A DNA stretch of 64,000 bases from assembly GCA_023247055.1 (NCBI GenBank), contig JAHFHF010000005.1, positions 18,985 through 82,984 of the forward strand, in the 5' to 3' direction. Below, piece after piece: positions 21,001 to 24,571 of the stretch (position 1 is the stretch's first letter; each line of letters starts with the position of its first letter). A program made the translations under genes and the position numbers. A model generated the notes under the pieces. The model did no database searches and had not been told where the DNA came from. It saw only the letters and a list, made by a program, of their open reading frames with translations. Source of the stretch: Candidatus Omnitrophota bacterium. Lineage in GTDB: Bacteria; Omnitrophota; Omnitrophia; Omnitrophales; Aquincolibacteriaceae.

Positions 21001-23757
21001 TTGATTGATTTAGAAAAATCATCAGAGCGGAACCTGCGAGCTGCTGAGGGTGAAAGGCCAACGCTTGACGCACTGCTGGATGCCCAGGTTACAGGGTATT
21101 TAAAGGAGTTTGGATTGTACGGTACCGTGGACTTCGCTTTAGATGGTTTGAAAATTGGACTGCGCCCACGGATCAATTTATGGGTAGAGGTGGGAGTCGA
21201 CCGTGCGGAGTTTGAGAATCAATTGAGCCGCGATGAAGCCTTTTTTACATATAGAAAAGAAAAGAAAACGTTGAATGATATTTTAGTTTTTTTATTGTTT
21301 CATTCCGATGGCAGTCCGCGTGCTGAAACCGAAAGAGAAGCGCTGCTTGAATACACGATGCAGCGCATCGCCGATCTTCAATCTAAAAAAATAGCTGAAC
21401 CCGCAGCCCGCCGCTCTGAAGTGCGTACTGCTCAGCCCAGCACGGCCAGTGACGTTTCTATATCGAATATCCCAGAAGGTTCAAGACGGATTGTCAAAGA
21501 TGGGAAAACTCTTTTTATCACACCGCAAGCAGACCGGGAAATGCAAAGGCTTGATCAACTTGTCGCCGAACGATCGATTGCAGCTGAGTTTTTTGGTTTT
21601 GGTTTGACGAAACAAGTGGAAGATGCTGCTGTTGTCATCGATTTTGTTGTTCCGGAAGCCGTGTATGATTTCGAAAGTCTGTTTTTCGATCAATATCTTT
21701 CGCCGTTGAGAAATGCGTTGGCGCAGTCAAAAAACCTGAAGCTTGCTCTCAGAGAAGACAATGTCGCGCTTATTTCCGATGATGAGAAATATACCTTTGT
21801 ACTCAAAGTCATTGGGAATGAGGCTGCCGGTTGGGCGTCCATTCGCTCTCATATTGAGAAGCTAACCGGCAAGGATTTGCCGGAGGATGTGACGCAACTA
21901 AAAGACCTTTTGAAGACAGACTCTATTGCGGTCAATACAAACTGGGATATGGTAACTTCCGTATCAGGTTTGATACTTACAGAACATTTTGTGAATCGGG
22001 CAAATCAAAGAGCTGAAGAATTAGGCGCCGCGGTGGGGTTTACGATGCATCACCATCCGCAAGTAAGTCTGGCTGTTTTGGTGATGTCTGAGAAACCCTT
22101 GGATAAACGGCGCCTCTATTTTAACGATTTACTTAGGCCGTCTTCCGATGATTTGACAACGATGAAAAGATTGGGCGTTGATTGGTTCGAGATTCGAGCT
22201 TTGGGAACGCCCGAAGATATGGCCTCTCGATCAAAAATAACAAGTGCTTTTTACAGCATTGCTGAAGTCGACCGGTTAGGCCAGCCGGCGAAAGAGGTTA
22301 TCGGAAAACTGCTAGCGCCTGAGGCCCAACAGATTCTGCCACAAACAATGACTGCACTAGTGATTCAATTTTTGAAATCAACGGCAAATCTTTCAGATGC
22401 GGGTTATGACGTTCAAGAAGTCATTAAGTATTTAGCAGGAAAAGAAATAGTTTTACGGTATCAGAGAGAACTGGATGACAATAAAAATATCCGGTCGATA
22501 AGAGATCTGGTTTTGTCTGCTATTTTTTCCAAGGAGCCTCTTTCTGCCGTAAACGACTTAACGCCTGAAGTTCTAGCCCTCCATGTCGAACTAAAAACTT
22601 TTGATCTTTATCAGCGGGTTTTAGCGGCCAACCTGCAAAGCCCCGAAGATAGGCAAGTACTGCTGGACATAGATTTTTGGCATCTCCCTAGAGAAAAAAA
22701 CGTCACAAAAATCAGAGACAATGTAAGCCGGCTTCAGCAATTATTAACTTCCAGTAGTCCCAGTTCCATTGCCGAAAGTTCTGGCCCTGCGGAACAAACC
22801 TCATCCCGCTCCGAAGTGCGGGAAGCCGCGGCTAACCTGGATGAGCTCAAGGTGACGGCGGAGACGCTTGGGAAATTTGCGGCCAGTGGAAAGATTTCAT
22901 CGCAGGAATTCTGGGAGAATGTGGCGCTGAAGCTTGAGCAGATGGAAAAGAGCGGGGCTTCGCTGGATGAGATGACGCGTTTTATTCGCCGTAAGGTCCA
23001 TGCCTATGTCGAAAGCTATCGTTCGGAAACGAAGACGGTGGATGCCGATACAGTCGATCTTCTAGCGGATATGCTGACGAATGTTATCAAGGCGGCATTT
23101 GAAAATCGCAGCGAAGGCGGCGTGGCGATTGGCTGGGCGGTAGGGTCGCAGGATGGACCTTCGCGGCTGTCGGCTGTTTTGAACATGATCGCACGGTTCG
23201 GGCAAACCGGCGCGTTGGAGCGGGTTGTCTTTGCTGGGGAACGCGGCGCCCGGCAAGCGGTCAATAGCGCTGTGCAGCGGCACAACGATCTTGGCAATGT
23301 GAAATTGACATCCATGCCGGCGCTAAACCGCGGCTTGGATGCCTTTTTGGCAACGCAAATGGTTTTACCGGCTATGCATGGCACGGAAGACTTGAAGGGG
23401 ATTGCAGATATTGTGTTGGGTGTCGGGCTGAGACCTGATTTGGGCGCAGAGCCTTCCGAAGCTGATCTTGCGCTGATTGAGATGGCGCAAACGATGGTTC
23501 AAATCACCGTGGCTATCCTGCTGGCTCAGCAAGTCGATGCGCCTGGAAAAGTGATAACGCCCGAATTTTTAAAAGCATCGCTGCTGGATAAAATTCTGGA
23601 TGTCAAAACTTTCCGGCTGAGCGAGCAAACGGTCAATGGCCTGCTGCAGCTTGACTCCAAAGGCCGCCTAGTTGTTTCGCAAAACGGGGTCTTTAACTTG
23701 CTCCGGGCCATGCAGACGGCCATCGCCGCGCGCCAGGCTGCTGCCAAAGCCGCGTAA
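1..23757 (+). CDS. Giant protein, 5'-partial (at least 7,918 aa inside the window, TAA stop at 23755-23757). It is modular, with internal TM segments, twin-arginine-like motifs, an HExxH motif at about 7425-7440 and a recurrent ARSE[MV]R motif.
   Basis: Uninterrupted frame-1 ORF of 23.7 kb in the supplied track; coding-like composition throughout; recurrent in-frame motif copies; enters the window already open, so the true N-terminus lies upstream. Confidence 0.8.
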   Translation, partial: YVLLALQQRFPDQFPQAAAEKLSGFFQSYQQQTPSRPAKKGDIIAFGAFESPQQFQDYIDFKDELLFAVVPAPGNWRFQDHAYEFMAQRNKGRMEMTFYRGDGTIDENRTADDKLLESGLLTKGNIIFVLRGTPNGISMPPIFPRVAGRMGHTHPPDTVIPGESENDSLTYLANHQELGITRRNLLSARSEVRHTPDEIGAKMAEARRLIAGNQIQQAEDTLLELFESSRQEWDARQTYKDETAKTEVKGDVGDLLHLAELALAAAVALEDSETPKAKKRAWNPFHSFEYFYLIARSPEVVPFLRENHAAFQQMGLYAGSYISKMNELQNQETQSRQYGGEPPEKLLQNSNLVSPHFFALAKNVSRRLHGELTFENGENPFRGLLRLNGEFSGTTAHFPDHQALEFLISHASILLELSAPALAGYLQYLAHYIAKTMQTDGYYETEINRGNEDLPRIQVYRNPLASLSILQGLFSIQNDSQDQKTNRAINYLRIMSLYVSLDQPDSILQVLDEVLPELSKVEKKDRDVFAYTLLRIYRSNLTENQKAEAVRRAGSSFHVKKIIGDISNEQALEILNRLARLDAQSALPRMIPETTPEFYSRHAELLTAFEGLPAAEQDALANFLYEEFADRNLTEASLKALLSPQAVSFYARHGRQSELLVSFIARFPGQLEAITREGSEFVALMLQLIQLDPKFSKGYISFLHYSEQSEYLQTTEVLERWIQLVKKEPKGAEQVFALLRKRPELAPAILFGGISESLMQMKPDVRASYVDAAGNRSAETSAEWVAPAIAEIAAVLKGRAEAEAFNKRFTQDEAFRTLTLDEAMRAPLIENLARQPVATQASYLRNVTPDILQDPAMADFQVRLDAIEDAELKGEILEAISKNKVFRDYLMQGGLGFLIELIQSSPDANEGLNRAQGYVLILRYDSSGALTVADYQSIQGKYGGLLTDAEVPLSFSAEILRLARNQPALIGHIDLTLLRELHNQLGELFDDFINIACEDPPVLTEMHFHSMLRSLRADSSIAGDRWLAAAKPNYRNRHRFALQLLEPPKNRFPTSAQMADLLLALRRSDNAGGVDFFERHQAAVKQIHPQILQRLGRMQQPPQEIFDAAALETLAQFSNPAAAQLLLEEINYLAYALKQGKIDASTAAAMRNKITALIQNPAVLNADEKKIDLIKQWLQQAREHAQVHAMGLHFIFNLEFDADVMKELLKGWRGEKFYLDLFDETVLTMLQNAKTEFGSGLTDSILAAASGERDVTYLKTADYYRNIRQKILFLFAADGFKQFPARATNDAALKLIRIDPETLKASLQNLKAWLGNEVIDAQLAQGQFQVLNQWVAFESQMTQAGHGTDLKDHLTRAPPELDRSEYFTVLSGLHLELVGMLINLDKDKAPEDKKIERNWQENLAALKTLDELYRGLLALKQGQTAVDHAIAHQFVQRLLKTGERGLVKEAQLFVRGLKAGVVPVALVSAFLARAAATGNNEFTKRVHILKVLGELLQIHSSITKVKALEGVSAKIVQIVNLFLKAEKAEIGQVRRLHQKLLARLLSAVTGENKISEPAASALSKDLSLLPKILTIITLYYSLEKHGQGRIQDLKDHLQTQLREFILTGDRARIRKAILKTEANQIIMKKLTESGYDLRLLEEGFEIEAVAASWDEKEKEDEVKATIRQLSHDIIEIAARLGFQQQVEGAAAVSQFDHASDAQDFVTAMAQQFPNNPALVQADIVVAQMREVEERAQKEIRAKRSEKIRVVVRKDFLDEASAGGYDYLGSTVPGCFSPNGAHQERPPQTSADAGGTFAIAYDEAGRMIANVDLAFTDKGVVVYTAYSSRADLNLDPVWFKVWQVLSKLAPAVILDPAHRSAGVKEASKQNQPEKNVTAEKLGSQGSMYFDFGRSDAAGKLSYAFSEAIVLRSAQFPEVQSPFLDSKEALPASTASAAQTGKKEDARETVQPVEKLDPKKLNDEEQRKVKKELFDLGLKDIDFAPILRNLNEIILTPGFDLARLLSELKTRPASRGAQPGIPTQNDLEALKRKILELQAEHRIPRGFEEFAEIVQREAPRLRSLRGNARQEELLRILQNTLSETRGVDLSRRPSREVGAIPSRFIENAQLQIESQAAEALTSRLDEARGLLGAASPQEEEQDLIEILFGEYIPQASEVVLSGELIMENGQARLEIKQPGETLAILDQNRVPQGQRTLQFEIYVRQGNLHMEIVDLVASDSSEALRFYANFAQWAQFVSNHLQVPLVIEHETAIFSGRASRFGFHQIKQAQSLIKDNWIKKIQPLLAELGIPGENFATHGVNLDNFRYYEGIITPRPLTGRSEVRTAPEHAARALLHQTKIETRQRHESSRRAFLTALGAAAAGVFIAGDHFSPKEKMNPWRIAVEPEISIDPNVLVENQQAAAVQKIQQWRNDLQRELKEVNTDPETKEIAGELARILGQTAVVYRDQDYPESEPTRIIVDHRAMQGRAQFYISVIHEALHHYYNRNQMLLPETEMVSGFQTAHDLEFYLWPGEEGWVIKQTNVLSAALGIFPEFLKASNADEILYFNGDWLTLPAIAERIQGGHEVAERAALLVKFLPLIAQGQELFFLNQASQKNRQAAEQLLVDILPKNSALDPIIRAALEPALKLNAWLKQNGALSYPRRSEMRGAAPEDESIAETAAASVFQDFISGRSGGKISGRDRQRDLRLLRLVGTRVLAAMPSSVDSKDKSVLLNNFLSRIAMDMVSPEAIRRYLGELSYVLAQAETRLGSGDAGKKVINEIMKAQGRLLPFIQNENSDGQRFYTPEPYRGIENFRRFFDFVFEGWDKTGTGRKGYAANGSVLIHFALETAREKGFSTRQLETRGWRQLLPFLRLNQINFGGQVYRLGKAEILNGAVTTEFAEGRNFIFRADLEDAAGVAQKQILVKLGVKNPEFDEVVTEMARTMGLKTYAVERFDAGEEADKDGFHPIALQLIEFVPSQIVFAQGQDGDGRKISYPNLSPLKTLEAGAKTQALEELGEHLALDYLFGGRDSMMKHFLLTREGRFIKIDNEFLFEYSATPQYPRLAGTLEAQSDFWDFLAALKEGPPMEGWDSEAAIRHGFDRVLTKIAFNDGGAKERLFKIIETRRTSAQQDSLSLDAIKRGIEQRAGHSYEFLKSIAKSARSEMRSIPRIPIPDAVRGETSDSSTSPRGRRPVTRRTFLGLGMWGGVLLTSFSVAKYFGSETERQKKIRESRQRREKQEKIPSKTPWDKFPLDDVKRSDTEKIRQSLQVTLDWLIQTGYGEADILDEYAGYLAQARPGEGLYHSLMSKSFHLKKGIEIEFNERHLLELIRQVKNSESLDLFVVTLAAMIMRESLGLQIMMHAQKPLEEIAKGTEKLELARRKRMPADEMNMYSQPLREFLSQNENEIDRLLALSFAFEYLEAEAEWNFYAAASARNDFSVQGANEALNTVNARALALADRLRVSADSASLLMETQGDDFLIFRSQLAGMTVEKYQLLKQGELARKRKELPEANFLLVNYGTFMEVNRFQPAEEPGKQVGLSPAIIGSMERREWPDFDGFTPYAKRLWPQFHTAVAQLRKDLPFAHALFEAQKKDLLRRMKRLGSDLKPLLDRKSRPEAPLFDGGAKAGNAASVRSEMQFVTPDSSTSPPGRRPVTTDEILKTIISKARSEIRKTLIFAAVVSGGALLAAVGYLKWPSIQRWFESRKSPEEPSSGRRDFLKQALAAASAAALKPSRGLLGVLSPALKPEFTIKTAMGQVAQEEAVSWIKIVTGIETTPSVLPPILSPNKSVVEFVKAIEVEPISSWENLVPPGYEHLLGPSLGGMSDLRTVMINEFIGRLAEKKLSNGRSPLENFGIYEPLGSGRRTYTVAGETYTDYGLTFELRDIADLIKQHLPDGFEDAAWTDAALDRAVSHFAQALTTNPALQNQVRKFRQVKTQERSRKLQQRRDGEENLVMLKKQLAVAERSRRDFANGVGFDGMRDFRTDIDELDDRIKKLTDQIRWEETYVLTLKTALSARSEMRGTAAQQPTLASIFLILGRVSRMASSSVVTLFSMAPSLSLTSVISRQSEATFSLIKDWFDSNLSIRTPTSVAEKFLSFMKRTLLDLRRGVNINFINNLFNKKPNSLSATGRWNMPERGFARSEMRTPRPSPEWERLETLLRKQPTIDIAYTNDFKQLPASQRAELFRKVLYNEYNLSTQGSHAAILNMPIPSAWVVQVRSLIYGMQDAESVSVFLRALQDPSLDLSGFFDAAGLQLSDLLREKPEIILQSLSEQALSLSGLVDLVIQQQASGLVVWLRDLLMHPEVPRAQKFAAMRRIYEKSIVLLNESRPLTPGLETLLPGAMISWELSQSDSEPSVTTQDLKERGRKIRLERLMALNDIFQFVASFIRQNVAVRYSDVENALRTHPEISLKFINLPLAVRAKILSKVALFFHNKYLAKELFEDARRRYSLEDYERMAKNIEALSRDLKQAYRDGAAGDVKLLRSQIRYVRKSLKWLHEKRVAAFYQELTGRKEIPEIIYLELGDASLIVRTDFKSLQKLVDSPQIAKPVEQSVFSQFLSQFSEDRPVPDKNKLRELLAEFPRYIVENFQNEMIAYLAGGTELRYRNFDDLILFYRDNYADWLKKYLERTLYQDAATRTQKQELAALISEIWQGPEWNTVYQQLKNAKALLDQLVDAKATLLFHQSENGAAFEKTTARRKAYLEAGTSIMGILQFVPLSRLAPLQDLLEEYEKQIQTQNISPKQRLRDREQPSMVKAGKERSFQTSGFYSDGIIYTPLESESLVIDHETQHLIHGLYTSDHVRGILPSQGEFNEQLYEALKHTKAARSEMRTASRDQDIKGEDLTVKGTSAENFVMDGENSSIERLRNLLWSENDPRRRLGQYPVIIQDYDANRPGSGKVILRSDDDDVATMPFVPDDPFWDEINAQLNGGISPDHLRRMEDKAGKPIDKFLRSVKFFVLPVFILIFIDGVLGGPVIGRAPWIMANFERAMVMLILSTAVTSLGATGIFYAKKWFLGRRTNRKKSAEKIIVRKIVSSSNDVSEGVGSAKPAARSEMRLPARAEVRTGSMAERIAKERLHRQDVLEQFREMRRDLSTRTTIRKQVGPDIWEDRKMTEADREKEARRLDRQVQYAQQRFLLDSDALIAKQLAVKDSFAALKGHQSGAFGDKARFRHDFEFAVSNRLGSLFNETPPSDADLLFVQEALKQIPEEISRRPRWIADDQGNVYSYISGGGERSYYANEQTGEGVYVYGYQPHYPNVALKHLQLYIAIINRLRAAPEFQNSKFAIPEYEVVVLHQPGFEQNFYGLKTRHIPGTLAGADTTRYRAKVDAFVTLAKRLLHDMLYAGYLVDDGENALGKPDTHFNNFIESGGTFYGVDLITMSDIIKGADSLARDLGIQSLPEKEDLPAYLQSPTAEKIKELFFQAVKDYQNIPRSDAGTETGLSISDRLLIAREKLAVFTQELVKKWLEGAYDEPGVKPVELGSLDKPEVVQLKRLIDGNRMGDATSYVADKEHPLFPYLLYLVQSDSLPVPAGFAGEAPSMKATLLEQLQNGALTKGNLNLGDYFRDYRDWDQYGFIRKETVVAIELRNEFLKGLVRERLFSGLVPAALDSLDKLSAQSGVEIPSEIREEFTTALWKYVDLEMQQQWWSVSSERFGPLDSVIIEKIRASSRSEIRIGAALQRALAKKRSPEKRAEYLRDLANGLDDFSKFLLMDVTYGEIQRTSHPPGIARIKENVESYARARVEMLLRFDEETRRRIVGASATEDNGPNNEYALRSFFKAVEVFEKLLGADYDPAGLREYLVKILTYYFTGAEFEKRWSNDAQDLQAIVEGEAFDAGFNEITYEKISTGTFSYTHKPTDEWLGYDSRVVLKYTDEVSQRNEFYRLTGFYPENVHDKQDLFAPPYFYYSQLIKAHVNPRDQDLTVVYGDLRYNSNIAILLMQTNAAKAYLPARNKGTLEEAQAALESWDFEEIRTRAEGLARPVNAPLSLGGFTQQVAYGKNFAKAVVNELKGLGLKKEDVHVSRDEKGRLVFKFPWGYPGTQEKKIRTIIFSDTDLIDEGERKSFIQTLAGETIHLYYEHPGQINLSGESLEAKNEYPALLADMANLLPPDGRIVTGQYDSWGGRIEDRGGNDESAGRNVLAQSFVPEDLSRSAQWWSRGIPEAHRLGFGGNTRIFKRSGGAVVSPETARPSLEQILPHREQPLRFAGDTRIDFKAVPDTNYFLAYVKQLTEGAKYLKAFVDAVNYPGEVLNADANGRIANDPDQLIQEAFDHIVRIRQGEEQANRGRKELGFDSKNDFNDLSRPENLVAMMSYLAFGEVLPWDNADDTLKGRLQKAQSLARLFDEALPPTEDVENAALQTIAYKDSKRARGILLETVAVFALIEEMILDFESKGEGTDKSLTFDQFIQAVQNELKEIKETWGNKPRALARTEDKKGRKRLRRTQQEESLVHILIEDDLKGIKQLAERALNMAFGYRPQDQGTVVTLPRSEVRSIVNEGLPETYPGRDIFSAKNILEGTPLWEKLKEFNHGKYPAVINVSAQSTKAAKESFDRQVQHLDKKEIVYVYFQIENKGRITHLVNVDEVQAIDSENPAPLGRHPFVLAWIEDSIAQNLHFTRVSLGKNDSGQANDPLRGQGLMKPVFGRMESLIKSRFQGWTISSLALDESGSVQKFLSHFSGVRHITTAQEVLLDDRGYEKISEGDPQRWGKFVMGRIAAGRDRLDQPAAYGEDNKQLENFLNERISEIQARLAHLREDVQHRLAVLQANWDQERSDAPRKASRVISAMIDLMRGDPARVLMLEDIERDHQRKGLDYGQEQTRHLEKALLGRIEYKQKIIKNSIVSPVIVLERQLHFFEAALRSLQGGEDAAGASFKAEQNAERLFDKLAETGYVGAWNFELRAKDKTGREVERWSEAETLVLEVRLKTDVVGQIALDRTQLQLAGDIYKVLGEKLASLKPADLTGAQESFRAFFLKDLAQLSQSESADITRNTRDREEIAFDMASRVLVGFSKKIVLIDLEKSSERNLRAAEGERPTLDALLDAQVTGYLKEFGLYGTVDFALDGLKIGLRPRINLWVEVGVDRAEFENQLSRDEAFFTYRKEKKTLNDILVFLLFHSDGSPRAETEREALLEYTMQRIADLQSKKIAEPAARRSEVRTAQPSTASDVSISNIPEGSRRIVKDGKTLFITPQADREMQRLDQLVAERSIAAEFFGFGLTKQVEDAAVVIDFVVPEAVYDFESLFFDQYLSPLRNALAQSKNLKLALREDNVALISDDEKYTFVLKVIGNEAAGWASIRSHIEKLTGKDLPEDVTQLKDLLKTDSIAVNTNWDMVTSVSGLILTEHFVNRANQRAEELGAAVGFTMHHHPQVSLAVLVMSEKPLDKRRLYFNDLLRPSSDDLTTMKRLGVDWFEIRALGTPEDMASRSKITSAFYSIAEVDRLGQPAKEVIGKLLAPEAQQILPQTMTALVIQFLKSTANLSDAGYDVQEVIKYLAGKEIVLRYQRELDDNKNIRSIRDLVLSAIFSKEPLSAVNDLTPEVLALHVELKTFDLYQRVLAANLQSPEDRQVLLDIDFWHLPREKNVTKIRDNVSRLQQLLTSSSPSSIAESSGPAEQTSSRSEVREAAANLDELKVTAETLGKFAASGKISSQEFWENVALKLEQMEKSGASLDEMTRFIRRKVHAYVESYRSETKTVDADTVDLLADMLTNVIKAAFENRSEGGVAIGWAVGSQDGPSRLSAVLNMIARFGQTGALERVVFAGERGARQAVNSAVQRHNDLGNVKLTSMPALNRGLDAFLATQMVLPAMHGTEDLKGIADIVLGVGLRPDLGAEPSEADLALIEMAQTMVQITVAILLAQQVDAPGKVITPEFLKASLLDKILDVKTFRLSEQTVNGLLQLDSKGRLVVSQNGVFNLLRAMQTAIAARQAAAKAA

Positions 23758-23775
23758 TTTCAAAGCGCTCGTAGG

Positions 23776-24019
23776 TTACTCGATGATGCGAATGTGGCCC
23801 GTCTTTTGGAGTACGATCAATCCTTTGATTTTTTCAGCGGATAGTTGAGTTAGCAGATTTTTGATCGCTTCAACCAAAGTATCTGCATAGGGCGGGTGAA
23901 TTTGGACGTGCAATTTCAATATCAGGCAAAGAAACTTGAACGCGTACGCAATCATGGCCTAATTGGGAAAGTGTTTTAAGAATTTTTACCGGCACATCCT
24001 CGTCGATCAGGAATTTCAT
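23776..24019 (-). pseudogene. DUF5615-like (PIN-like putative toxin) remnant, frameshifted near 23890.
   Basis: Minus-strand translation from the ATG at 24019 gives MKFLIDEDVPVKILKTLSQLGHDCVRVQ..., which matches the DUF5615 N-terminal consensus. The frame then breaks and continues in another frame (...DTLVEAIKNLLTQLSAEKIKGLIVLQKTGHIRIIE*). No DUF433 partner is present. Confidence 0.45.
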
Positions 24020-24227
24020 TACAAAGGCCGGTTAGCGGGTTTGCTGAAAAGGGAAGAACTCTTGATTTTTGGCGTACTCCGACTTTTTTGAGATGAAGCG
24101 AAGGGTGCTGCGGATTTGTTTTTAGTAAATTAAACTTCTGCCGTGCGAGTGTCTGAAGGTCTTTGGAGAGTTTGTGATGGCCCTTCCAAAAGGATGGGCT
24201 GGCAAAATGCCTCATAATTCTTGGCAA
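23976..24227 (-). CDS. Putative RelE/ParE-superfamily-like toxin; family assignment is tentative and the 3' portion may be degraded or overlaps the DUF5615 remnant.
   Basis: ORF-track protein ...SFWKGHHKLSKDLQTLARQKFNLLKTNPQHPSLHLKKVG... resembles the F-x-K-x-LKKL...NP...LKG pattern of RelE/StbE-type toxins. It sits immediately downstream of a small antitoxin-like gene with a 16-nt overlap. Confidence 0.3.
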   Translation of the reverse strand: MPRIMRHFASPSFWKGHHKLSKDLQTLARQKFNLLKTNPQHPSLHLKKVGVRQKSRVLPFSANPLTGLCNEIPDRRGCAGKNS

Positions 24228-24409
24228 TGGCCTTTTTTGAAATCTCCCAGGGCTTTATTGGCGACGGCGTCAAGTTTTCCAGCTTTAGCGTCCTTTTCAA
24301 ATTGCTTATCCCACGTACGCGCATCAAATTTGTGAAACCAAGTTCGAAATGCGGCCAACTTTTGTGCGGGTAATTTCGTAATCGCGTGTTCTATGTCTCT
24401 AATCGTCAT
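24212..24409 (-). CDS. Small (65 aa) helical antitoxin-like protein (addiction-module component).
   Basis: Short charged, helix-prone protein MTIRDIEHAITKLPAQKLAAFRTWFHKFDARTWDKQFEKDAKAGKLDAVANKALGDFKKG... overlapping a toxin-like ORF. This is the typical type II toxin/antitoxin arrangement. Confidence 0.35.
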   Translation of the reverse strand: MTIRDIEHAITKLPAQKLAAFRTWFHKFDARTWDKQFEKDAKAGKLDAVANKALGDFKKGHCQEL

Positions 24410-24571
24410 ATAGGGTCACTCCTTATGCAAATATTCTTTTAAAATTGTATCATGCGAGCGCATTCTGGAGGATGGCTTTTTCGACGAGGGCCGGGCCCTT
24501 TTTCGGGCCCGGCCCTATCGTTTTTCCGTTTCTTGCGGCATTTCCAGCCCTCTGATATCATACCTCCCGCT

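Noticed and set aside
563-22822. DNA uptake signal sequence; the core AAGTGCGG resembles the Haemophilus USS (AAGTGCGGT).
   Set aside because: All copies are on one strand and in one reading frame inside the giant ORFs. None were seen in the housekeeping genes of the window. Uptake sequences are distributed across frames and strands.
1-23757. Giant ORF as an artefact of an alternative genetic code.
   Set aside because: Stop-codon reassignment would make standard-code ORFs shorter, not longer. The frame is open under the standard code.
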